Shown here: positions 13,559-28,559 of the stretch, piece after piece
Numbering within the stretch: the first letter of the stretch is position 1
Layout: each line of letters opens with the position of its first letter
From: the human T2T-CHM13v2.0 reference genome, Homo sapiens
Assembly: GCF_009914755.1 (NCBI RefSeq)
Contig: NC_060941.1
Length of the DNA stretch: 64,000 nucleotides
Reading direction: 5' to 3' (one strand)
Made by a program: the position numbers and the translations under genes
Notes under the pieces: model-generated
What the model saw: only the letters and a program-made list of their open reading frames with translations
The model's database searches: none
Told to the model about the DNA's origin: nothing

Positions 13559-15289
13559 ATTTTCATTTGAGAGTCTTTGGATTTTTCTGAGAGAGAGAGA
13601 GAGAATTCATTTAGTTCAAGATGGTCCAAATCCCTCGCTGCCCACTGACTTCAAGCCTGCAGCAGCCAGTCAGTATGCTGGGAACATCCGGGGCCTCATA
13701 TTACACACTGGAGCTAAACACAAGATGGGGATCAAGAAGGAGAGACAGAGAAAGAGAGAGAGCTGGAGGGGAGAGAGAGAGAGAGATTAAAAGAATAAGA
13801 TAGCAGAGAGAGCAAAGTGGATGAAAGAGAAAGGATTCTGATCATGTTTTCTTTGTCCCCATGATGCTGAGATGCTGCAGTTAGACATCTTCTTGAGAAT
13901 TGATTGAAAAACCCAGGATACTTGAGGAGAAGGCTGTACTCCTCTCTGTTCCGCCTGGAACCTGTGTGGGCCTGGCGGAGGCAGTGGCATTGAGCTGCAT
14001 TCAATAAAGAAATTATTTCCATGGCGGTGTGAGGCCAGCTGCAGCCTATGCTCAGAGCAGGGAGTGGTAGTTCATGCCATTCTATCAGGCAGCACCTCTG
14101 GGCTCAGTGCTCATTTGCTGAAGTGTGTTGGGGGTGGTTCTGCCTTGCATTTGCTGTTAGCACATGAGAGTTGGCTGAGCCTGGCTCCCTGGTATCAGTC
14201 ATGCACATGTTCTGAGATGTGACTATGCTGGAGGTCACTCACACACCCAATTCACACACCCATTTTATGAGGCCAGAATCAAGGCTGAAGCTAAAACCAC
14301 ATGGATTTGGAAATCTTAACAGAAGCACAATTCATTAATTTTATCATTGTCTTCCCTCACTGAACAAATTGACCAAGCTTGCACCATTCATCATGGCAGT
14401 TGACATCCACACTTCCTCTTTTTTCGATTTGCACTCCAGGGTCCTTGCCAGTGAATAACTAGCTCGTGGCATCACCAATCTTCTCTGCCTCCTCCCATGG
14501 GCCTTCATCTTTGCTGACTGGTTACTGGTTTTAATTTTGAGGGTCTCATGATGCCTGGAGGGCAGTCCCTGATAGGAGTGGTGGGGGTAAAGAAGTAAGC
14601 CTGGGATGAGCTACTAACCAGGGCAGGTGCTTGTCTGTGCACCCACTGGGCGCCCACAGTGGCAGCTGAGGGAGGATGGGTGATGCCGTTGTGGGAAGAT
14701 GGCAATGGCTTTTTAATAGCTGGGGGCACCCCTCATTCATCTGCACATGCTGAGTTTATTTTGCCATTTGTCAAATTCTGACTCTAGGGGACCTAGGTTT
14801 GGAGTGGTTCAGGCTTCAAGATTGATGACCCGAGTGGAATAACAAGTCCCCCTTCTCCTTTAAATAGGTGGCGCTGCCAAGAGGAAGCTCCGTGGCCCGC
14901 TCATCTCTGAAAGGTCCATTTCTCTACCTCTGTAGAGGCTGGAGATGAAATATTTATTTGGGATCTCACCAATATGCCACAGCCTGCCTCCCTGCCCATG
15001 CTAGACAGTGAGAAAGCTTCTAAATGAGCATGAGGCTTAATGGCTTAACCCAGGTTCCACTTTGTTAAAGAGAGGAAAGGAAAAAAAAAAGGTTCCAGTC
15101 CTCCTCTATTTGGAGAATGGATATTCCTTGGGTAAAAGCAGCTCTTTACTGAGGCTCGTGTTCCTCTAGCTGCTGCAGACAGGCCTCGAACACACACAGA
15201 CTCTAGTAGGACGCTGGAGGACTAGGGTGTTGAATGGAAGCAAGCCCAATTTTCTTAGGCAGGAAGGGACATTTCTTAGAATCTTTAAT

Positions 15290-15640
15290 TCCCAGGGGTT
15301 ATAAAATCTTAAAAATCCACCCAGTTCAAGCCCCTAATCCTTAAAACCCTGCCAGAACACGTCTGTCTATAATTGAATGCTTCCAGTGATGGCAAAATCA
15401 AGACTTCCTGAAGCAGATTATTCCTTATATGGAATAATCTATTGCAAGAATTTCTTAAATAGGATTGAAATCTGTCTGTCTGTAGCTTCTACCTACCCGG
15501 CCAAGACTACCTGGGAAACACACAGAATACATTCATTGCTCTTCTCCTTAATGCCTTTCGGTAAAAAGACAGTGATCTTGTCCTCTTTGAGGCTTCTTTC
15601 TTCCAAATCAAGTCCTCAGTGGGCTCTTTCATGCTAGGCA
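15290..15640 (-). mobile_element. L3/CR1 3' fragment
   Basis: TTGAATGCTTCCAGTGATGG...GAAATCTGTCTGTCTGTAGCTTCTACC resembles antisense L3. Confidence 0.6.
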
Positions 15641-16251
15641 CTGGGGATGTGAAAACAATGGTGTCCAGTGAGATATGAGGTCTGTGCCTCAGAAAACACA
15701 CTTTCCTTTGCCTTGCTGGTTGTTGAGGAGGACATCTGCCCATGCCTCTTCCAATGTTTCCGCCCCTCTGCACATTCCCCTCCTAACTCACCCCCAAGAG
15801 AGGACAGTTGCCACTTTATGATCCAGGACACTCACTGGGCCATGTTTTACTAACGAGGAAGTCCTCTGTGGGTGAAGAGTCCACAACATCTGTGTGATGT
15901 CCCCTTTGCTGTCTGGCTGCTGTGAAGTGAGGAGGCCAGGCAGGACTGGAGTCCTCAGGGAAGGCCCGACTAGGCTTTCTCTGTTCTACCCCTTCTGTGC
16001 TTGCAGCCCAGTCAACCCTATTTTGTTGACCCAGCTATCTTGGAATCGGGAGCCAGAGGCCCCACTCTGGCTCTCAGCATGTATGTGTGTGTGTGTGTGT
16101 GTGCAGCCATGCTCCAGTGTGACTGTCAAGCACATTAAGGACTCATTCAGCTGTGAAAAGATATTCTCGTTTATCTTGCCAGTCATCTTTGGGAATAACT
16201 TCCTAGTTTGAAACTCCACAGTGCAGAGTAGATATTGAAGGGTAGGATTCA

Positions 16252-17128
<877 letters not shown>

Positions 17129-17584
17129 TAAAAAAGAATCAGAGACATCAGAGAAAGAGGGAGCCCATGCCTTGTCTGGCAGAGACAGATGGGGAAGTGT
17201 TGTTGCACCCATTGGTGCCCCTCTTCCTTGCCCCAGAGGGAGCGGCTAAGGTGACTCATAAATGTGTGCTGGGTCTCCTCTCTATCTTGGCTGTTGATCT
17301 ATGGGCAATGATGGGAAGCAGCTTAGAGAAAATGAACTGAATGTGTTTAAAGAAATAATGTCAAGAGGTACGCCCATTGAGGCTCATTTGAGGGATGAAG
17401 GATTTGACCAACCCCATTCCCAGGCGGCACAAAGCTTGTCAGTTCTGTGAATTTCTGGGAGTTTCTGGAACTATTGTTAATGTAATGACAGTGGCTTCTA
17501 ATGCCAGAAAGGGTGAAAGTGAGCAATAGGTAAGAATGAAGAAGCAGATAAAGATTGCTGGATGGATACCAGCATTTCAGGTCT

Positions 17585-18150
17585 CTATGTGTTTGGCAGA
17601 AAATACAGCAATAGCTATTGAATTAAAAACGTATTACTCTTTGATCCAGCAATTCCTTTTTAAAGTATGTTTTTCACAGATGTACTGGTACATGTGGGCA
17701 AATATGGATGTGCAGGGATAGTAATTGTAGCATTTTTGGTAACATCCAAGACAGGAAGCAACTTAAATTTCCATCAGTAGAGGATTGGTCACATAAAATA
17801 TGATTCATCAAAAAGATGGACTAACATACAAACTTGAAAAAGAATGAGGTTCATCTAGTCGTGTTGATGAAACTATCTTTGAGACATATTAAGGAAAAAA
17901 AAAACTACAGACAGTGTGGTTCCATTTGTGCAAAATAAAATGGTCCATTCACAGACACAAGTGTCTATATATGTTTAGACTTTTTCTGGAAGGATACTCA
18001 TAAAACTGGTAATACTGTTTACCTTAAGTTGGGAGTGGTGATGAGGGAATAAGGAATGGGGAGAGAGGAGGCTTTCTTTTTTTCATATGCCGTTTCATTA
18101 TGTAAATGCATTATCATAAGCTGCGCTATATTTCCAACAAAAGTAGTTCA
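17585..18150 (+). mobile_element. L1ME-type 3' fragment
   Basis: TTTGATCCAGCAATTCC...AACTTAAATTTCCATCAGTAGAGGATTGG...TCTGGAAGGATAC. Confidence 0.7.
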
Positions 18151-18673
18151 TAATAAAAAGAAAGCATATGCCTTCTGCACGTCTGCTAGCTGCTGAGCTT
18201 CTCATTGCCCCAGATATTTATTGAACACCCATTGTTTGCAGGATATTCTGTTAGCCCACTTTGGGGAGGAAGTGGGAAAGCTATGGTTCATGCTTTCAGG
18301 AAATGTACTGTCCAGATGGAGAAAGAAATGTGTGCATGCAGTTATTCTACAAGTCTGAGCAGGGAAAATGGAATCTTGATTAGGGAACTGATGAAGATTT
18401 TATGAAGATGGCTTGTAAAATTTTGGTAGTGGAATTTTAAGCCTCACAAATGGATGAACGGGGCACAGAATTCCAGTTGGAGAGAAAAACATGAACTAAA
18501 GGTATGGAGTGGTAAATGAAAAGCCATGTGGTGTCACCTTAAGTGTACCTTCTCATCTACTTATGGTACTACCAGAAATACCACTTTCTTTTGGGTTAAG
18601 GTGTTGTTTGCTTTCAGGAGTCTTTGTGAGAATACGGATATCTGCTTTTGATTGAGATATAAGAGAATAGATT

Positions 18674-18862
18674 CAGGGAGGGTGCTAGTAAGCCAGTCCA
18701 CCCCCCTCCAAAATAGTTTGAATTTGTAGCATTTGCCTATTTCCAAGGGGTAAATATTGCTCCCATGGCTGACTTCAAGCTACCAACACAGAATGGGAGT
18801 TGGGACGGGATGTGCATAAGGGTTCCTTTAAGCCCAAAAGAGCTCACTCCAGCCTGCCATGC
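18674..18862 (-). mobile_element. MER63A (hAT-Blackjack)
   Basis: TTTGTAGCATTTGCCTATTTCC...GTAAATA...CCATGGCTGACTTCAAGCTACCAAC. Confidence 0.8.
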
Positions 18863-19829
18863 CACAGGATGAATTAGAATCCCAGAGTCTTGGAAATAAA
18901 AGTGGCATTAAAGAGAGTTTAACATAAACCTTAGCTACACATGAAGAAATTAATGTGTTTGCACAACGTCTGAGGAAGTGGTAGAGTTGGAACATTATCT
19001 TCTAGTTCTTGGTTTAGTGAAGTTTCTACTTTTCCTTGGAAAGCACTCATGTAATGGAGGGAATGGAACATGGAGCAGTGTAGTTTTGGTAGAACAAAAA
19101 AGGTCATGAGGAGAAGCAGGAGCCTTTCTCAGAGAGAGCAGGGTGGGGTCCTAGAATAGAATAGGTCTTTGTCACCAGGAAGGTTCTGTGAGCTGGGGAG
19201 CTGGGGAGCAAGAGAAAGGACCACAGCAGGGAGGAGGGGGCACAGTCAGGAGAGGCCTTAGGGGAAGGGATTGGAAGACAAAATTTCCAGCTGCACAGTT
19301 TTGTTCAGGACTAATATTTCTTCCCAAAACAGGGATGTAATGAGCTGATCTGAAATATGGGAAAGAAAAACTGGGCAAGTCCCATCCATATCCTTGATGA
19401 TCTGTGTGCACTTGGGGAAGTCAGTTCTCCTCTGTAAGCGTCAGAGCTTTCCTCCTTAAAGTGGGCCCCGGGAAAGGGGGCTAGTAGATGGCTTCCAAGA
19501 ACCTTCCAGCGTGACAGTCTTTGTGGCTGTGAATCTGGTTTTTCAGTGAAGAAGTCCCAACAACCATTGCGGTAAGGAGTTGGGTAGAATGGGTGCAGCA
19601 AGTTGCATTGACTTATTTTTTACTTTATACCCAGTTTGGGGTAGACAAAGAGAAATCAGAGCAGCGGAAGGCAAAAGTGAGGTTTGTTTTTCAGTTTATG
19701 GTAGGGCCAGGAAGTAGAAAATGGATCAGGGAAGAACAGGACAGAGAATCCTCTTTGTTATGTCATGCATTTAAAAAATGTGACAGCCCATGCTGTTCTT
19801 CAGTGGAAAGCCATTGCCTTCAGTGCAAG

Positions 19830-20345
19830 GTCCAGGTTCCTTTGCACGGTCATAGAGCTCTCCATTTTCTGCCCTTGCCTACCTTCCCAGTCTCCTCTCC
19901 TGGGTCCCTGACTCCTACCTCCCTGTCACCTAACCAACACTAACCAAGCACACGTTGCTTCCTAACAGCCTGAAAGTTTGGGGGCGCCAGCCTTTGGACA
20001 GACCTCGACTTGGAATGTTTTTCCCAACTGTATCTGCTGGGCAAACTTCTATTCATTCTTCAAAATCCTGTTCTAGCACTTCAACATCTTTCTTAAGCCT
20101 TTCTTACATGACAGCCTCTTCCCTGACCTGCCTCCAGATGGAGAAAATCACTCGCTTCCTGAGCAGCTGCTTCTGTAGGCATGCCATTTTAATGGCAATA
20201 CTGCAATTTCATTGCAAGTTCTGTTTTTATCTCCCCCATTTCCCTGTGAACTTCTCAAGGGCAGGAAACTTCTATCTTGGCTCCTGAGGATGAAATGAGC
20301 TGAATGGTGACTGGCTCCCAGATGCTGGCAGAATAAAGCAGAGAA
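19830..20345 (+). mobile_element. L2 fragments
   Basis: AAACTTCTATTCATTCTTCAAAATCC...CTGTGAACTTCTCAAGGGCAGG. Confidence 0.65.
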
Positions 20346-21164
20346 GACTGCTCCTGTAGCAACCCCTGTCCCCACAGCTCCACCCTGGGAAAGATAGAGT
20401 AGGGCATGCCAGGTGATGCAAAGACTTTTATAAAGGCTGACTGGGAGTGCTGGTCTGCCAAGTTCCTCAAACCGTTTTTAGCTGAGCCCCTAAGGGAACT
20501 TGAGTGAAGCTCTGGGTGGGCAGGAGGGTTGCAATGCCATCGTAGAGTGAGGTAGTTGACAGTCCTGCCCATGGCGGCTCCATGCTGTGCTCCAGTAGAG
20601 TCGCTCCAACTCTCTGGAAATGAGGGTCTTTCCTGGGATCCCACACAAATTCGGCCCTCTGCTAAGGGCTGATGCAGATGCTGTGGTACATCACTCAGAT
20701 ACCCCTTCAACACAGAGAGACTTAATCCTAATGCTTCTTTTTTCCTCTCACAGGTGCTGATCTCCACACCAGGATCTAATCAACTGTTTGCATGCTAATC
20801 TCCAGCCCAGACTCAACCTATGAGGATGTCAGTCTGCTGCTAAGGGCTGCTAAGATTAGTGGACTGGTCAGAGTTGGTATACCCGGGTGATGATCTCTAG
20901 GGACAGTGGTAGGAACTGAGACTAAAGGCAGGAAGGTGATGTCAGCAGAGCAACCAAGAGAGTCACAGGGAGAACTGGGATCAACAGAGGTCATTAGAGT
21001 GCCGCACAGCCCTGGCCACCAAGCATCAGCCTGCCATGGCCATCTGAGATGCTTTTAGCTGTAGTGGGGAGGTGGTGGTGGGAGTGGGTCACCCTTCAGA
21101 TATCACACTGTTGGGGGCTCGCACCAGCATGGATGTTGTGATGCATGTTGGCCTCGGTCATGGC

Positions 21165-21311
21165 CATACATTAGACTCACTTAAAAATACTGATTCCAGG
21201 ACCATGCCTTGAGAGATACTGATGTAATTGATCTGTGGTAAGGCCTAGGTCTTGGTATGTTTTAAATGTTCACTGGGGATTTCTAACATGCAACTAGAAT
21301 TGAGAACTACC
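21165..21311. mobile_element. MER5B (hAT-Charlie)
   Basis: AAAATACTGATTCCAGG...GGGATTTCTAACATGCAAC...TTGAGAACTAC. Confidence 0.7.
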
Positions 21312-23014
21312 GGTATGGTGAAAACATGATGAGTGCTGGAATCAGAGTTGGGTTTGAATCTGGTCCTATCAGTGACTGGGGAACTACAGGTTGTGATTAA
21401 TTATTCTGAGCTTCCATTTCCTCATCTGTAAAAATCATGTAAATAATGTGTATTTCATAGAAATGTCATAAGGGTGACATGCTACTAGTAATAACACTGA
21501 TGGTGATAACAGCTTTCAGTCCATGGAGCTTTTTGTGATCAACATTATTACTATTTGTGTTCAGACTTAGCTTTTTGTCCTTCCTTCTCCAGGGTGTAGC
21601 ACCCTATGGTAGACTTGCCTTCCTTAGCCCCTACTCTACTGTGAGGGAGTCCTCTCTCCTTGCCCTGGTTTCAGCTACTCAGGGTTCAGCAAATTGGCTG
21701 CTGCAGCTCAGTGGAAAACCAGTGACTCTCTCTTGGGGTTGACCAGATGACCAAACATTGGCACCCATGATCACACTCTTGTTCATATCCAGAACAACTC
21801 ATGCAGCAGCTCAGCCCTTCAGGATGACACTGGTCAGTGTGTGGCTGCTATGTGGAAAACCAGGCAGGGCAGGGGCTGCTCATTCACAGGGGCAGCAAGA
21901 AGATTCAGGATGCTTAGAGGACTTCCTCAGAAATGTACCAGTTGCTGTGTGGCTTTGGACAAGTCCTTTTTCCTCTCTGTGCCTCAGTTTCTTGCTCTGT
22001 AAAACACAGATGGCTGATCTGAACAAACAACAATTCTATTCAGTTTGATGCTGCTGGTTCTGCCACTCCCCTTCTACCCCAGGAGATGCCTTGGGGGGCT
22101 GGCATCATCTCTGCCTTCTTCCACAGAGACTCTGATGCTACAGGGTGGGGCTCTGAGAAATGCCACTTCAGAGCAGGGCCCTGAGAGTCTGTTCTGGTCA
22201 CTGCCCACACTGGCTTTCCTCACTCCTGCCCCCAAGGGTTATACGTTTCCCCATTTCTCCTCCTGCCACCTAGAACTTTAAATAGCCTCCAGCACACTAT
22301 GTGGCTGCCAGAAGTTGTAATTAAATAATGTCCAGCTGTCAGAAAAGCTGTTATAAATGGTCCTTTTGTCTGCACCACTGTCTGGGAAACCAGGAAGGAG
22401 AGAAACTAGGGGGTTATAAATATGAAGGGCAGAAGTTCAGTGGGGAGTCCGGGGAAAGCAGCTTTTAGGGACCCTGAAAACACTGGAGGAATTAAAAGAA
22501 AAAGTGTAATTAGTCTATGGCAGAGGCCCCAGCTCTGGCTCTGTGACTGGATTTGCACATTGGGTAGCCTGAAAATAATTTGGGAAGCTAATGTCTTTAT
22601 CTGGAGCTGCAATTAACATCTCCTTTTAAAATCCAGACAGGAAAGCAAAAAGGGCACAATGAGTGCTGGCAATCCAGAGAAAGTTCTCGGATCAACTTTC
22701 ATTATTTTTCACCTCCTTTTCTTCCTTCCTTTAGTCCTTCCTTCCTCTCTTTCAACAAACACACTTGAATCCCTGCCCTTACTAGCCCTTCTACCTCTAG
22801 AGTTCCTGCACTTCACCTTCTACCCCCACAGCCACCTTTGTTGGTGCCATACCTGACCCTGTCTCCTAGGGGCGGGCCAGGATCTCAGTCCTCTCTCCAT
22901 CAAAATATGCCCAACCTGGGAGCCACTTGCACCTTCTTTTTGTGCTGCAGAATCTGTCAGTGGATCTCTTGGAGTGCCCAGAGATTTTTCACTAAATGAG
23001 GAATAGGGAGAGGA

Positions 23015-23200
23015 AATGCACATTTATTAACCATGTATTAAGTATTAAATAATTTACACACATTATTCCACTTAAATTTCCCAACACTCCTAGGAGAAAA
23101 TTATTATGAAGCCCAGTATTGTAAATGAGGAAACTGAGGCTCTTTGAGATGAAACAACTTTTCCAAGTTACACAGCCAGTAATTAAAGGACTGGAGATTA
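23015..23200 (-). mobile_element. MIR
   Basis: TGTAAATGAGGAAACTGAGGCTC...TCCAAGTTACACAGC. Confidence 0.8.
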
Positions 23201-24699
23201 GAAAACTCAGTCTCTAAACTCCATGAGGGCAGAGGCTGTGTCTGTTTTGTGCATTGTCTTGCTAGGGCACTGCATGGTGCCTGGCACATAGAGACCTTGA
23301 GAAATATTCAGAGAAGAAAGAAAGGAAACAGAAGAAGGAGAAAAATGGAAAACAACTCAGCTCTGTCAGATGCCAAAGCCAGTGATCTTTCTATCGTGGC
23401 ATATAGTCTCTGTAGAGTACAGACAGGCAGTTATGAATTAGAGAGATGTACATAATAGTTGGGGGAAAGTGATTGTTAAAATGTGTGCAAAAATAACATG
23501 ATTAGAAAGCAGAAGATTGGTTTCAAGGATCATTGGGGAGGTGGAGTGAGAGTGCCGTGGGGGTTCAGAGGATGGAGGGATTGATTGCAGCTACAGGAAT
23601 GGGCAGACTTCATGAGGGAGGCAGAGTTTGAGCCTCGAAGGATGAGTAGGATTTGGACACAGAGAGATGGTGGTCAGGGAAGGTTGAGAAAACAGAAGGG
23701 ATGGGGAGAAACATAAATTATCTGTCTGGAAGGGGATAGACCAGTAGTTAGGCATTTGAGTCTCCATGGTGTCCTTGCGTGGCTATTAGGGATGAATCTG
23801 GCTGTGAAGTCCTCCATCTGGGCATTCTGAGACATTCACTGACAGATTCTACAACACAGAAAATGTGTGGGTGACTCCCAGGATGTGCATATTTTGCTAG
23901 GGAGAGGACTTAGATCCTGGCCTGCCCCTAGGAGACCCGGTCAGGCGCAGCGCCAACAAAAATGGCTGTAGGGGTGGAAGGTGAAGCGCAGGGACTCTGG
24001 AGAGAGAGGGGCTAGTAAGGGCAAGGGCTTTGACTTCACTTCTGCTCCTCCTGTGTTCCTCAGCATTCTTCAACCTGCCACTCAGCCAACCAGGGCACCT
24101 GACTAGTGCCCAGGGACAATGAAGGGTTGTTGAGGCTGTTGTTGAACTATTTGTTTTTGTTGTTGTTGTTTTTGTTGTTTTGCTGTGCTGGACATGCTCT
24201 GAGAGCAGCAGGAACACAGATCATGGAAGAAATAGCCCAATGGTTTGGGGGATTATTAAATAATCATAGCCAGGGCACTTTACCTTTATGGACAGGCTGC
24301 CTGGCAGCATCCTCAAAGGCCAGATGGGAACTCATACGACCATTTTAAGAGACGTGAATGCTCATAATGAGAAGGTCTGCAGTAGAATGATTCAAGGTTA
24401 CTCTATAAGAGCCCTCTGTACCAAAACGCAGGAGCCCAGTCATCCCTTTCTGGGGCTGAGGCAAACTCTTGACCACCACAAAACTTTGGCTGTTTCGTTG
24501 GTGGGGAGACCTTAAAGCCAGCTTTAGAGCAGGTGTTATAGACACTTCTCCACATGAGGGATTCCAGGACAGGATGGATACCAGGCATGAGTGGGGATTC
24601 TGAATGTAATATATTTGCCATCAGGGCTAGGCAGGTGTCCTGCTACCTGGACAGGCAGCCTTGAGCACATCTCTAAATTCTTCTGGGCCCTGGTTTTCT

Positions 24700-25255
24700 A
24701 TTCACAAACATTGATTCAAGAAGTTCCTTGTGAGGACCTGCTGTATGCCAGGTAGGCTCTGGGGGCAGGCAGCAAACAAAAGTCCATGATCTCTGTCCTC
24801 ATGGAGCTTCTAGTCTAGTGGAAATAAGCAAGTAATCACACAAATGCACACATTATTGCAGTTTGCAATAAATGATATGATGGGAAAAAACAAGGTGCTA
24901 TGGGAGAAACTTTTAGGGAGGGGAATAAGGGAAGACCTCTTTGAGGAAGCGACTTATAGCTGATACCTGAAGGGTAAGTTATCTGAGTCATATTCAGAGG
25001 AAGAGCTCTTTCAAAGGCCCTGTGGATGGGAAAAGATTTGTATACTTGAGGAGCTGCAGTTAAGCCTGCATGGCCAGAAACAGTGATCAAGGTGCAAAAT
25101 GGAGTGGCATGAGGCTGGGGTGGAGGACAAGAGAAGGGCCAGTGATGCATCAGCCCATCGATCAGAAGGATTCGGGACTTACCCCCGTGATTGTTGGGAG
25201 ACCATCGCTCAATTTTAAACAGGAGTGTAATGATTGGATTCACATGCTAAAAATA
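24700..25255 (-). mobile_element. L2
   Basis: CTGTATGCCAGG...TCTCTGTCCTCATGGAGCTTCTAGTCTAGTGG...TTTTAAACAGGAGTG. Confidence 0.8.
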
Positions 25256-25725
25256 AAATAAACAATAAGAGATGGAAAAACAACAACCAAGCTTCAAAAA
25301 TACTTGAGCCTCTGTACAGGGGAAAACAAAGATTTGAACAAGTATTTTCATGTTGCAGAATCTACCCCATGGGAATAATCTGCTAGCAGAACAAAGAATT
25401 ATGTATGAAAGTATCCATTATAGTTAAAAAGACCAAAACCATTCTGGCTGCTGTGTGAAGGGAATAAACACTAATAAGTCTTGCCTGCTTCGGAATCAAA
25501 TGAGAGAAAACTATGAAAGGGCTTTGTAAGTGGTAATATGGGTACACGTTTGAGAGGGACCCAAAATCTCCCCATCCTCCAACTCTCCATCCTCCCCCAA
25601 TAAAATGCTGATTATCCCAGGAGTTTAAGGCTTTAAATCTATTAAAGGGGAAATGTCCCAGGGAGGCTCACTCTTTGAGCTAAGCAAGACAAAGGCAGAG
25701 CCTCAGCCCCAAAGGGACTAGAAGC

Positions 25726-26401
25726 AGTGATTCTCAACCCTGGCTGTACACTAGAGATACCTGGTATGGAGCTAGCCTTGAAAATGGCCCCCAAAGAACC
25801 TTACTCCCTTGTGTACCAGCCCTTGTGTAGTCCCTCCTATACTGAATATGACTATCCTATGTAACCAAGAGGACATTGTGGAAATGATGGAGTGTGACTT
25901 TCAAGGCTGGGCCATAAAACACACCGTGGCTCTGTCTTTCTGTCTCTTTCTTGGATTATTTGCTGTGGAAAAAGCCAGCAGCCATGTTGTCAGGATGCTC
26001 AATCAACCTTGTGGAGGGGTCCATGTGGCAAGTAACTGAGGTCTCCTAACAACAGCCATATGAAAGAACCTTGTGGAAAGAGATCTTCCAGCCTCCAGCT
26101 GACATCTTACCTGCAACCTCATAGGATACCCTGAGCCTAAACTACCTAGCTACACCATTCTCTAGCTTCCTGATCCACAGAGATGGTGAGACAACACATA
26201 CGTTTTGTTTTAAGTCATTTTTTTGGAGTAATTTGCTATATAGTATTAGATAACCAATGCTCCTGGGGAGCTTTAAAAAATCTATGCACAAGTCATATCC
26301 CCAGAAATTCTGATTCATTTGGTCTGGGGTGAAGTCTAGGCGTTGGTATGTTTAAAAGCCCTCAGATGACTCTAATGTGCATCCAGGATTGAGAACCACT
26401 G
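25726..26401. mobile_element. MER5B split by an MLT1F insertion
   Basis: TIRs CAGTGATTCTCAA...TTGAGAACCACTG; halves at 25726-25764 and 26262-26401. Confidence 0.85.
25765..26261 (+). mobile_element. MLT1F-type solo LTR (ERVL-MaLR)
   Basis: AAATGGCCCCCAA...CCTTGTGTAGTCCCTCC...GCCAGCAGCCATGTTGT...GTAATTTGCTATA. Exact 5-bp TSD CCTGG at 25760-25764 and 26262-26266. Confidence 0.85.
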
Positions 26402-27337
26402 CATTAGAGAATCGAGTGAGTAAGTCAACAAAGCAGGGATTAGGTATAGGGTATTGCCTCAATTTCCAGGGCTAAAACTTGGTTTACGCTGTGAGTTCTA
26501 CTCTGGGATAAGTCTAAAGCCTAGTGTGGATCAGAGCCCAGGGTCACAGTGGGCTGATAGTCAGTTGTCTCAGTGTCCACAGTTTCTGTGGATCCCTAAA
26601 TTTCCCTTAGGACACAGGGAAGGAAATCAAGTGGCCTCATTGGAGGGAAGAAGAGAGGTCCAGAGCCAGTCAGGTAAATCCACTTTCCACAGTCCATAGC
26701 TTTGACCCATGAACCCTCCCTGCAGTCCTCCACCTTTGGAATGCAGGTGTGCCGGATGCCCACTTCTCCACTGACGGACAGCCCTCTACCTTCCTCCCAC
26801 CCACCATTGTTTTCTGTCCAGACCACGTTCCTGTCTCTGAATGTTCTCTTTGTAACTTATGAGCAATGATGACAGCTGATTCTGAAAACCTTTGTCTGTC
26901 CTCAAATTTCCATGACTAATGAGACACTGTTCCCATCTCTGCACAATAACTCAGGGGGCTCGGCTGTCTCTTTGTACTCCCTCATGTTATCATCCTGATG
27001 AAACCTGCAATAAAGTAATTAAAGTGATTAGAAAGGGAGTCCTAGCAGATGAAGATGCTGAGGAGATGGTCAGATATTGTGAGCTCACCCAGGTGATCTC
27101 AGCCCTGTGTGTCAGGGTAAGGTGTCTGGTCTCCTGGAACTCTCTTGTGAATGGATGCTAGTACCAACTTGCATCTGTGGGGTACCAATGATTTCAGAAG
27201 CATTTTAGACATTTTTTTTTTAGCACTTGTAACATGGTAGGTGTAGAAGATACAGAATTTAATAAAACCCTCTTCTTGTTCTCAAGGAGCTTTTGGCTTA
27301 GTAGAGACAAATAAGAGATAAGATAAGACTATGATGA

Positions 27338-27716
<379 letters not shown>

Positions 27717-28559
27717 CAGCCTAGGTAGTTTTGAACAAAATGAGATCTGAGGCATTTTGTTGCCTGAGCAAAGACAGAGAGGGGCATATGAGAGAAACAG
27801 TAGGTATAATGTACAGATATAAGAGCATAGGGCTTTCCAGGGAATCATAAGCAACCCCTTGTATGTCTAAATATGTTCCTAGAAACCATGGCTAAGGGGG
27901 GTGGCCCAGTGGCAATTGGTGAAAAGCAACCTGCTTAAGTTGAACACCAGCCTGTGCACAAAAGGGATCCAGTGCACAGGAATCACTACCTTCAAAATAC
28001 ATCCTTCACCCAACCAAACACCATATCCAGATCCTACTCATTTCACAGACTATAGAACCCTTCCCTTTTGTTGTACTAGCCTAGTGTTTTCTCCAGTCCC
28101 ATCCCCAGAACCAGGGCTTTGATTTTCATTCTTCTTGGCTGCATGACCCACTGAAACCCTGGCTCCTCGCTGGTCTTGTCCTCTTGTCTCCTGCTTAGGC
28201 CATGTTAAAACTGGCCTCCATTACCTTTCTGACTCTCACCTGGGCCTCAGTGCCTTCTCTTATGAACTGCATCCACAGGCAGTCTTAACACCTTCAAGGG
28301 TTTTATGGGACCAGGAGTTGGAAGGAGGAGGGCTGGGAAGGTAGAAACCCAAATGCTCGATGGGACTCCTGGGGGGAAAATCTAGAAGGGGCAGAGGCAT
28401 CAAGAGTAGGGCACCAAGGATGCAGAATGAAGGAAATAAAGTTGGGGGAATACAGCGTTAAAAACTGGTTACATAGGTAAGGGGCTCCTGGATACCCTAC
28501 TTCACGTCACTGACCCTACGATAGGAGTCATAATTGTCAATGCCTTCATCTAGATGTAG

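Noticed and set aside
20255-20767. Longest ORF (170 aa, minus strand)
   Set aside because: Non-ATG start, 3' part overlaps L2 debris, and no recognisable domain.
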